This document shows, one piece after another, positions 16,401 through 23,216 of a DNA stretch of 35,648 nt. Each line of letters begins with the position of its first letter. Within the stretch, counting starts at the first letter, position 1. The stretch is from Patescibacteria group bacterium (GTDB lineage: Bacteria; Patescibacteriota; Minisyncoccia; UBA6257; GWB1-50-10), in NCBI GenBank assembly GCA_038062995.1, contig JBBTVZ010000006.1, positions 1-35,648 on the forward strand. The letters run 5' to 3'. The position numbers and the translations under genes are program-made. The notes under the pieces were generated by a model. The model searched no databases, was not told the origin of the DNA, and saw only the letters and a list, made by a program, of their open reading frames with translations.

Positions 16401-16985
16401 CGCAACCTCATGTGACGAAAGCACCGTTCCGCACCGCGTGCACCATGGCACAACTTTGTGCCCTTTATAAAACAATTTTTTCTTCCAAACTTCTTTCAGA
16501 ATGCTCCACACTGATTCCATATACCTATTGTCATAGGTGATGTATGGATGCTTGAGATCAAGCCAAAACCCGATGCGCTCGGTAAGTTTTTCCCACTCGT
16601 CCTTGTATTTCCACACTGACTCTTTGCATTTTGCATTGAATTCAGCGATGCCGTATTGCTCAACTTCTTTTTTCGACTTCAGTCCAAGCGCTTTCTCTAT
16701 TTCAATTTCAACCGGAAGCCCGTGAGTGTCCCACCCGCTTTTGCGCGGCACATAAAATCCGCGCATCGTTTTGTAACGAAGTACAATATCTTTAAAAACG
16801 CGCGCAATGACATGGTGTAATCCGGGACGCCCATTCGCCGTAGGCGGCCCTTCGTAAAACACGAATTTCTTTCCGCGAGCGCGGTTTTTCTCAAGCGACT
16901 TCTCAAAAATTTTATTCGTTTTCCAAAACTCAAGCACCTTCTCCTCTATCTCGGGAAGAGAAAATTGCTTTATATGGCGCAACAT
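13422..16985 (-). CDS. ileS: Isoleucine--tRNA ligase, oversized (1187 aa) with an internal histidine-phosphatase domain
   Basis: [13 protein letters not shown] (HIGH-type), [11 protein letters not shown] (editing domain), [36 protein letters not shown] and KMSKSKGN. Single uninterrupted ORF. Confidence 0.92.
   Translation of the reverse strand: [1187 protein letters not shown]
13794..13837. repeat. Heptad-periodic T-rich arrays flanking a GC hairpin, in frame inside ileS
   Basis: GATTTTG ATTTTTG - TCCGCC GGCT GGCGGA - TTGATTT TTGATTT. On the coding strand this encodes ..[14 protein letters not shown].. Confidence 0.6.
13938..13965. repeat. Four tandem heptamers TTTGAAC TTTGAGA TTTGAGA TTTGAGA, in frame inside ileS
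   Basis: Direct reading. It encodes ..[10 protein letters not shown].. on the minus strand. Confidence 0.7.
14329..14363. repeat. Five tandem heptamers (TTTGATA TTTGGAT TTTGACA TTTGGAT TTTCCGT), in frame inside ileS
   Basis: Direct reading. It matches 21 of 24 nt of the intergenic array at 27816-27839 and encodes ..[11 protein letters not shown].. Confidence 0.7.
14976..15470 (-). other. Histidine-phosphatase (phosphoglycerate-mutase superfamily) domain embedded in IleRS (about aa 506-670)
   Basis: [12 protein letters not shown] (R512-H513-G-E), [35 protein letters not shown] and ILLISHEYP (H652). Motif order and spacing are typical of His_Phos_1 enzymes such as GpmB/CobC. Confidence 0.75.
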
Positions 16986-17033
16986 AAGTAATTAATCCTA
17001 TAGTAGCTGAAATCCGCTTCGTTTTCCATTCTG

Positions 17034-17984
17034 GTGCTGTATAATAAAACAATGCTTATCATCGGCACGATACTTGCAATAGTAATTCTATTCTTTCTTC
17101 TCGGCAAATCCGCCGACATTGTAGTTACTCAAATTCGCACATTGGGACACCGCTTCGGCATTCCCCTTTCATTTCTAGGCATTGTTCTCGGCCTTTTAAC
17201 TATGCTTCCGGAACTTTCAATTGGAGTAAACGCCGTAATTGAAAATATTCCAACGGTTTCATTGGGAAACATCTGGGGAGGAGTAATTGTTATTATTGGG
17301 CTCATATTTGGAACAAGTCTTCTGCTTAACCGCCGGATAACAACGGATGGAAATATCTGGCACATACTCCCGATTTTCGCTTTCATACTGCTTTCATTCA
17401 TTTTCGGATTAGACGGGCTTATTAGCGAGACGGACGGACTATTGTTTATACTCATATATTTGATTTTCCTCTCGGTTATTTATACAAGATTCAGAAAATA
17501 TGAAAAACCGCCGGAAAATGTAAAGCATAAAAAACTAAGCAAAGTTGTTATTCATACAGTTATGGGCGTCATAGCAGTCGTGATTCTGGCAAAAATCATC
17601 GTTTCACTCTCGGTTGAATTGTTACAAGCCTTTGAAATACCGGTGTTCATAATAGGGCTCCTTATGTTTTCAATAGGTACGAATCTTCCTGAAATCGTCG
17701 TAACTATCCGTTCATGGCGAAAACATATAAAAGAGCTATCAACGGGAAATCTCATCGGGTCCGCGATGGCAAGTCCGATGATTATAGGGATTCTTGCTTT
17801 TCTAAAACCGATTCCGGTAGCGGTTGATAAATCTTTTTATATTACTGCGGTATTTGTCGCCATTCTTTCTACGGCTTTTTTAATTTTCTACAAAACAGGA
17901 AAGCGACTTACGAACAAGGAGGGCGCTATTCTTATCTCTATTTACGCGCTTTTTGTAATATCCCAATTTCTATTCGGTATATAA
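17034..17984 (+). CDS. Na+/Ca2+ exchanger (CaCA, YrbG-like) family membrane protein
   Basis: 316 aa, about 10 TM helices. Two alpha-repeat-like motifs (LGNIWGGVIVIIGLIFG and GTNLPEIVVTIRS). GTG start at 17034, with an alternative ATG at 17052. Confidence 0.75.
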   Translation: MLYNKTMLIIGTILAIVILFFLLGKSADIVVTQIRTLGHRFGIPLSFLGIVLGLLTMLPELSIGVNAVIENIPTVSLGNIWGGVIVIIGLIFGTSLLLNRRITTDGNIWHILPIFAFILLSFIFGLDGLISETDGLLFILIYLIFLSVIYTRFRKYEKPPENVKHKKLSKVVIHTVMGVIAVVILAKIIVSLSVELLQAFEIPVFIIGLLMFSIGTNLPEIVVTIRSWRKHIKELSTGNLIGSAMASPMIIGILAFLKPIPVAVDKSFYITAVFVAILSTAFLIFYKTGKRLTNKEGAILISIYALFVISQFLFGI

Positions 17985-18008
17985 TAGCGAACGAATAGAT
18001 AAGGACTA

Positions 18009-19742
18009 TTACATTTTCTTTGGTGTTTTAACGCCGAGAAGAGTCAATCCGTTCCTTAAAATACTTGCGACAATTTGAATAAGTCCGAGGCGCGCTGCGC
18101 GGCGGGCAGAATTATTATCTTTCAAAATCGGCGTCGTTTCATAAAAACGGTTTGCAGTCGTCGCAAGTTCGTAAAGATAGAGAGCGAGGTTATTGGTGTA
18201 AAGCGTCTCTGCGGAAGTAAGGACTACATGCGGAAACTCAAGCGCTTTACGCATAAGCGCAAGGTCATTATCGGCGGTAAGCTTTGAGAAATCGGGTTGA
18301 TTTTTTCCGCGCGACTTGCCGACTATCCGTAAAAGCCGCACGCAAGCGTATTGAAGATACGGCGCGCTGTCGCCGGTAAAATCAAGCATGTGTTTCCAAT
18401 TAAATACGATGTCGGAGTTTCGGTTCTCGCGAAGGTCATTGTATTTCAAAGCGCCAACGCCGATAACGCTTGCGGTCAAGTCCTTTTCTTTTGAGGAAAG
18501 TTTTGAGTACTTATCATCAATCGCCTTGCGCGTCTCGCGCACCATGCTTTCAATTAATTCATCAAGAGCGACCACCAACCCGCCTCGCGTTGAAAGTTTT
18601 TTATGGTTTTCCCCGAGCATGAGCCCGAACTTAACATGAGCAAGCTCGGCATTATTCCAAGAAAGCTTTTTTGCAACCGCGAATAGCTGTTCAAAATGAA
18701 GCGACTGTTCATTGGAAACGACATAGAGGATTTTTGCAGGCTTATATTTTCGTATGCGGTGCCGCAAACTCGCGATGTCGCGCGTGAGATAAATACTCGC
18801 GCCGTCTGACTTTTGAATAAGCGCCGGCGGAAGCTTTTCTTCATCTAACGGCACAATCACCGCTCCCTCGCTGTTTTTTGCGATTCCTTTCGTTTTTAGC
18901 TCCAGAACAATTCCCTGAAGATCTTTTTCGTACGCGCTCTCGCCCGTCCAAACATCAAAGCGAATATCAAGAAATTTGTATATGCGCTTGTATTCAATAA
19001 GCGATTCGTCGCGAAACCATTTCCACAATTTTCTGTTTTCTTTGTCGCCCGCCTCCAACTTCTTAAATTCTTCCTGCCCGCGCGCTTCAAGCGACGGATT
19101 TTTTGCCATCTCGTTATGAAACCTTACATAAAGATGAAGGAGTGTTTCAATGGGGTCTTTCTCTACCTCTTTCTTGCTTCCCCAGAGTTTGTATGCGGCG
19201 ATAAGCTTTCCAAATTGTGTTCCCCAGTCTCCGATATAATTCCAGCGGATAACTTTATAGCCGGCAAATTCGTAAATATTCGCGAGCGCATCGCCGATAA
19301 TAGTTGAACGGATATGTCCGGCGTGCATCCGTTTTGCTATATTCGGCTGGGAATATTCAATAATGACTTTCTTCCCCTTCCCTATTTTACTTCGCCCGAA
19401 ATTTTTCTCGTCTTTCAAAATATCTTGGAACGCTCCCTGAATCGCTTTTGGCTTTATCCATATATTTATAAATCCCGGGGACACTGCCTCAACCCGTTCA
19501 AATAATTCCGCTTGCCAGAACGGTCGCTTCGCGACTGTTTTAGGGGGCGCGGATTCCAAAAGTTTTGTCGCTATCCTTTTCGCCTCCTCCATTGGCGCAA
19601 CTCCCTTCTGCTTCGCAATCCTAAACGCGATATTCGTGCTGTAATGCCCCTGCGTATCGTTCTCCGGCACAGAAAGCGAAATATCCATGCCCTTGGGAAT
19701 AATGCTCTTAATTTTCGCGGTTATTTTTTCCCGAAGCGTCAT
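18009..19742 (-). CDS. argS: Arginine--tRNA ligase
   Basis: 577 aa. IEYSQPNIAKRMHAGHIRSTIIGDAL (HIGH-type), an N-terminal Arg_tRNA_synt_N-like segment and a C-terminal DALR-type anticodon-binding region. Confidence 0.9.
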   Translation of the reverse strand: MTLREKITAKIKSIIPKGMDISLSVPENDTQGHYSTNIAFRIAKQKGVAPMEEAKRIATKLLESAPPKTVAKRPFWQAELFERVEAVSPGFINIWIKPKAIQGAFQDILKDEKNFGRSKIGKGKKVIIEYSQPNIAKRMHAGHIRSTIIGDALANIYEFAGYKVIRWNYIGDWGTQFGKLIAAYKLWGSKKEVEKDPIETLLHLYVRFHNEMAKNPSLEARGQEEFKKLEAGDKENRKLWKWFRDESLIEYKRIYKFLDIRFDVWTGESAYEKDLQGIVLELKTKGIAKNSEGAVIVPLDEEKLPPALIQKSDGASIYLTRDIASLRHRIRKYKPAKILYVVSNEQSLHFEQLFAVAKKLSWNNAELAHVKFGLMLGENHKKLSTRGGLVVALDELIESMVRETRKAIDDKYSKLSSKEKDLTASVIGVGALKYNDLRENRNSDIVFNWKHMLDFTGDSAPYLQYACVRLLRIVGKSRGKNQPDFSKLTADNDLALMRKALEFPHVVLTSAETLYTNNLALYLYELATTANRFYETTPILKDNNSARRAARLGLIQIVASILRNGLTLLGVKTPKKM

Positions 19743-19768
19743 AGTAAAGATTAACCCTCATTGTACAT

Positions 19769-19801
19769 AAAAAAAGTCCCCTTTCCAAATGGAAAAGGGA
19801 C
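19769..19801 (-). terminator. Rho-independent terminator of the orphan 189-aa gene
   Basis: Minus strand: GTCCCTTTTCC-ATTT-GGAAAGGGGAC (10 of 11 bp) followed by TTTTTTT. Confidence 0.7.
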
Positions 19802-19838
19802 GGATAGTACAAAAAACAAGAGCACAATAAAGAAATAC

Positions 19839-20408
19839 TTAGCGGAGAATCATTCTAATCGGGACTGTCTTTTTAGAAAAAAAACAACCATCGCTTTCCC
19901 ACGAATGCGAGAGGTCAGTTGGGCTACCTAAAAAAAGTCCACTAAAGTACCATATGCGTTCTTTAGGAAACCAGCTTATTCTCACCGCAACATGGTACCC
20001 ACTTTTTAACCGCACACAGAAAATATTTGTATCGCCAACAATATTACTATCGCCCACGAGAAGCGCGCCCTTGTTACCATTCTTCTGTTTTTTGAGAAGC
20101 GTACAAATGATTGTTAAGAACTCTCCGATTGAGAAGGTGCTAGTAACAGATAGAATTGAGTCATATGTCGTAGACTTCGCAAGTAAGTTTTTTGTGAGTG
20201 TGCCCGTAAATGCCCTGATTAAATTTGGAATTTCCGGCACGATCAATTCTTTAAAACCTCTGTCAAACTCAGCTTTTATACGAAATTTCTCGAAACTAAA
20301 AGTTTTTGGAAGCGCGAATTTTCTGTAAAATTTCTCGGGAAAAAGTGTGTTTTTCCCAAAAGATTTAGTTTTTACTTGAACATCAGCGATAAATTTCATA
20401 GTTTCCAT
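19839..20408 (-). CDS. Orphan hypothetical protein, 189 aa, no motif recognised
   Basis: Intact ORF with a GAGGA RBS, its own near-consensus promoter and its own terminator. It looks soluble (no TM segment). Confidence 0.6.
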   Translation of the reverse strand: METMKFIADVQVKTKSFGKNTLFPEKFYRKFALPKTFSFEKFRIKAEFDRGFKELIVPEIPNLIRAFTGTLTKNLLAKSTTYDSILSVTSTFSIGEFLTIICTLLKKQKNGNKGALLVGDSNIVGDTNIFCVRLKSGYHVAVRISWFPKERIWYFSGLFLGSPTDLSHSWESDGCFFSKKTVPIRMILR

Positions 20409-20498
20409 AGCTTTTCCTCATATTTTTAACCCATCTTCCGTCCACACAGTCTGCGGGACTAAAGATGAATTGATAGGTTGTTTTTAACGTGCGTTCGC

Positions 20499-20528
20499 AT
20501 TGTAGCACGACATAATATATTATGTCAA
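20499..20528 (-). promoter_or_regulatory. Near-consensus sigma70 promoter for the orphan 189-aa gene
   Basis: Minus strand TTGACA (20528-20523), an 18-nt spacer, then TACAAT (20504-20499). Confidence 0.55.
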
Positions 20529-20550
20529 GCGTCGTAAGTAGCCTAAAACA

Positions 20551-21009
20551 ATGATAATCTTAAATCCAATGGCGGTTTTTGCAATAAATAAGCGCGCATC
20601 GTTTGATTACAGCATCCTTGAGATATTTGAGGCAGGATTAGAGTTAAAAGGTTTTGAAGTGAAATCAATTGTTGCCGGACGGGCAAACTTATCAGGCGCG
20701 CACGCAACCCTGAAAGGAAACGAGATGTGGCTTCTGAATCTTGATATTCCCCCATACCAACCGAGCAACACGCCGGAAATGTATGACTCAAAACGCACGC
20801 GAAAACTTCTCCTGAACCGTGCGGAAATAAATCAGCTTATCGGGCGCACGAAAGAGAAAGGATTGACGCTAATACCACTCAAGCTGTATAATAAGCACGG
20901 CAGGATTAAGGTTGAAATCGGTCTCGCGCGGAGCAAGAAAAAGGGAGATAAGCGCGAAGCGATTAAAAAGCGCGACGTTGAGCGCGAGATCCGAAAATCA
21001 ATCTCTTAG
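20551..21009 (+). CDS. smpB: SsrA-binding protein SmpB
   Basis: NKRASFDYSILEIFEAGLELKGFEVKS, the RTRKLLL block and a basic C-terminal tail. It sits directly upstream of tmRNA. An alternative start is the ATG at 20569. Confidence 0.9.
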   Translation: MIILNPMAVFAINKRASFDYSILEIFEAGLELKGFEVKSIVAGRANLSGAHATLKGNEMWLLNLDIPPYQPSNTPEMYDSKRTRKLLLNRAEINQLIGRTKEKGLTLIPLKLYNKHGRIKVEIGLARSKKKGDKREAIKKRDVEREIRKSIS

Positions 21010-21028
21010 TTATTTAATAACTAAATAC

Positions 21029-21447
21029 GGGGGCGCATGTTTCGACAGAGGATGAGCTTCAGTGTGAAGCGAGTTGAGCTGATTGTCTCGTATCCTTCGA
21101 CTTCGCTCAGGATACCCTGAGCCTGCCGAAGGGTAAATCCAATCAAAATATAACTGCTAACAAAACTGTTGCAGTACCAGCTTTTGCTTATGCGTAAGAT
21201 TGGCTTTGCCCGTCCGTAGCTTTAGTGAAAGAGGGTATTCTCTCCCTTATTTAATCGGGAGGGCATCGGTTCCCAAGGTTCCATAGGGAAATAACCGGTG
21301 TAATACATGGTACTCGCCGATTGTAACACTCGTCTTTTGTGCAATCGGTTAAATCTAAAGACGACCTTCGTTCTTCATTTGAGGAACTACACTCGTACAC
21401 TTTGCCTAAAGACACTTCTGGACGAGGGTTCAATCCCTCCGCCTCCA
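21029..21447 (+). ncRNA. ssrA: Transfer-messenger RNA (tmRNA)
   Basis: 5' GGGGGCGCATGTTTCGACAGAGG and 3' GGACGAGGGTTCAATCCCTCCGCCTCCA form the tRNA-like domain (acceptor GGGGGCG/CGCCTCC). The internal tag frame GCT AAC AAA ACT GTT GCA GTA CCA GCT TTT GCT TAT GCG TAA (21156-21197) gives ANKTVAVPAFAYA. CCA is not encoded (CAA follows). Confidence 0.9.
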
Positions 21448-21487
21448 CAAAATAAAACACCCGCTATTAGAGTGGCTTTTTTACTTC

Positions 21488-21516
21488 TTGACGCTCCCCG
21501 CCCGCGGAGGTATAAG
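21488..21516 (+). promoter_or_regulatory. Sigma70-type promoter for the 72-aa gene
   Basis: TTGACG, a 17-nt spacer, then TATAAG. It begins about 40 nt after the tmRNA 3' end. Confidence 0.45.
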
Positions 21517-21560
21517 AGTGATAGACAACTGAAATTTGAAAATTTAAAAAGGAGCGAACC

Positions 21561-21779
21561 ATGAAAACAACGCTTGAGATTCTTGATAATTTACTAATTC
21601 TTTCTCAAGAATTAGTAGGGGAAATTGAGGGCTTAAATTTCCTCTTTAAGGCAAGTGGAGTAAAGGCAGTGCACGAACAACTTACTAGTGAAACGGCATT
21701 AAATCTTGAACGAGTACAAGTATCATTAGCACAGTCTATTCTTGAATTGAAAGAATCAGCCGCTGAAGAAAACAAATAA
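21561..21779 (+). CDS. Small helical hypothetical protein (72 aa)
   Basis: RBS AAAGGAG upstream. The sequence is predicted all-helical and acidic. No motif recognised. Confidence 0.5.
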   Translation: MKTTLEILDNLLILSQELVGEIEGLNFLFKASGVKAVHEQLTSETALNLERVQVSLAQSILELKESAAEENK

Positions 21780-21874
21780 TGAACGTGTGCAAATAAGAAG
21801 TTCCGATCGTCTCTGGCTAAATCTTATCCACAGCCTGCTATTGCGGGGTTTGGCAGAAAGGGTATACTAATGTC

Positions 21875-22004
21875 AGATTCTTTGACATATTTAATCGCAA
21901 GCAAAACGGCCATTTTCCGGCCGAATCTAATGCGGCACACGAGTGCCCAATATTATCAAAAAGCCCTGCAACTTATCGTCTATTATTATCGCGGGGCTTT
22001 TTTA
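21875..22004 (+). ncRNA. Candidate small RNA or leader between the two small orphan genes
   Basis: Possible promoter TTGCGG-16-TATACT (21841-21868). Downstream hairpins are AGATTC/GAATCT, CGGCC-ATTTTCC-GGCCG and GGCAC-ACGA-GTGCC. A terminal stem AAGCCCTGC/GCGGGGCTT is followed by TTTTTTATTT. Confidence 0.25.
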
Positions 22005-22082
22005 TTTGACTTTGATATAGCCAGCATGCTACGTTATCCGCAGTAGATTAAGTAAATATAAACCCGATAACAAGGAGGGGGT

Positions 22083-22364
22083 ATGGAAGAAACGAAAACA
22101 ATAAATAAAACCATCACTGTTGTCTTTGTGGAATTCACTACTGAACTTGGGAAAAAAGAGCTCTTTGTAGGAAGTGACGTCGAAAGTGTTCTTTCCAGCA
22201 CTAAAAACGGAAGTGAATTTGCAGATGTAAAATACACCGAATACCGCGAGGTAACTTCTGAAGATGTAAGTGCGATAGAAAATTTAAACGCGAGCATCTT
22301 AAAACATGGGATTGAGTGCGTCAAAAAGGGACTGATGAAGACTTATTTTTTAGGTGTGGCGTAG
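22083..22364 (+). CDS. Small hypothetical protein (93 aa)
   Basis: Strong RBS AAGGAGGGGG upstream of the ATG. No motif recognised. Confidence 0.55.
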   Translation: MEETKTINKTITVVFVEFTTELGKKELFVGSDVESVLSSTKNGSEFADVKYTEYREVTSEDVSAIENLNASILKHGIECVKKGLMKTYFLGVA

Positions 22365-22390
22365 TTTGAAAAATTTGATTAATCTCGCAC

Positions 22391-22418
22391 AGAGCCGATT
22401 AAAACCCGGCTCTTTTTA
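22391..22418 (+). terminator. Rho-independent terminator of the 93-aa gene
   Basis: AGAGCCG...CGGCTCT stem followed by TTTTTATTT. Confidence 0.6.
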
Positions 22419-22419
22419 T

Positions 22420-22448
22420 TTGACTCTGCCCGCAAAGTGCCATATTAT
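22420..22448 (+). promoter_or_regulatory. Sigma70 promoter of the infC-rpmI-rplT operon
   Basis: TTGACT (22420-22425), a 17-nt spacer, then TATTAT (22443-22448). Confidence 0.55.
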
Positions 22449-22958
22449 ACTTTCATCCACACAAAGATAAACAATCAGATAACGGCGCCGGAACTCCGCG
22501 TAATAGACGAGAACGGGGCAAACCTCGGAGTTTTAAAGCGGGATGAAGCATTGCGCCTCGCTAAAGAACGCGGTTTTGACCTTGTGGAAATAGCCAGTAC
22601 GGCAAACCCGCCTGTTGCGAAAATCATCAGTTTTGATAAGTTCAGATATCAAAAAGAAAAAGAGGAGAAAAAACAGTATGCCGCGCAGAATAAGGTAAAA
22701 GAATTAAAACAAATTCGCATTACTCCGAGAGCCGCTAAAAACGACCTGGAAATAAAAATACGAAAGATTGAGGAATTCCTAAAAGAAGGCCACAAGGTGG
22801 AAATTGGAATCTTCTTGCGCGGCAGGGAAAAAGCAAATCGTGACTGGGCTCTTAAGAAAATCAACGAATTCTTACAGATGATAAAAACACCGCACGTAGT
22901 AACGCTTCCACCGCGTCCGGGCGGAAGAGGGTTCATATCGCAAGTAACGAAAAAATAA
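22437..22958 (+). CDS. infC: Translation initiation factor IF-3 (5' boundary uncertain)
   Basis: INNQITAPELRVIDENGANLGVLKRDEALRLAKERGFDLVEI and the C-domain KELKQIRITP...IKIRKIEEFL. The listed GTG start lies inside the predicted promoter, so the real start is probably a downstream in-frame ATC (22455) or ATA (22467). Confidence 0.85.
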   Translation: MPYYTFIHTKINNQITAPELRVIDENGANLGVLKRDEALRLAKERGFDLVEIASTANPPVAKIISFDKFRYQKEKEEKKQYAAQNKVKELKQIRITPRAAKNDLEIKIRKIEEFLKEGHKVEIGIFLRGREKANRDWALKKINEFLQMIKTPHVVTLPPRPGGRGFISQVTKK

Positions 22959-22962
22959 AATT

Positions 22963-23154
22963 ATGAAACATTCAACACAAAAAAGCGCGACAAAAAGAAT
23001 GCGCGTTACAAGAAATGGAAAACTCATTCGTATGGCAATGGGACTTAGCCATAATCGCGCGAACAAGTCCGCGAAACAGCTTCAAAGAAGGCGCGGAGAA
23101 CGCACGCTATCCTGCAATAAAATTCGCAGAACGATCATGCATAAATACCTTTAG
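22963..23154 (+). CDS. rpmI: 50S ribosomal protein L35
   Basis: 63 aa, very basic, K.KS.AKR..VT..GK motif, positioned between infC and rplT. Confidence 0.85.
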   Translation: MKHSTQKSATKRMRVTRNGKLIRMAMGLSHNRANKSAKQLQRRRGERTLSCNKIRRTIMHKYL

Positions 23155-23216
23155 TATTGACTTTATCGCCTAACTTTCGTTAGACTGTTCCTGCTAAAAC
23201 TATTTACTGATAATAT

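Noticed and set aside
19954-20328. 124-aa plus-strand ORF
   Set aside because: It is fully antisense to the 189-aa orphan gene, which has the promoter, RBS and terminator. This ORF has no expression signals of its own.
21251-21564. ORFs of 69 aa (minus) and 85 aa (plus) after smpB
   Set aside because: They lie inside the tmRNA gene body and 3' tRNA-like domain.
21870-22046. 58-aa ORF (MSDSLTYLIASK...) in the spacer between the two small orphan genes
   Set aside because: It has no RBS, it reads straight through the terminator-like hairpin and the next promoter, and its composition is not convincing. I treated the region as a possible non-coding RNA instead.
21447-22420. Genomic island integrated at the tmRNA 3' end
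   Set aside because: There is no integrase or recombinase, and I can find no direct repeat of the ssrA 3' end downstream. Only the weaker 'variable cassette' interpretation is retained.
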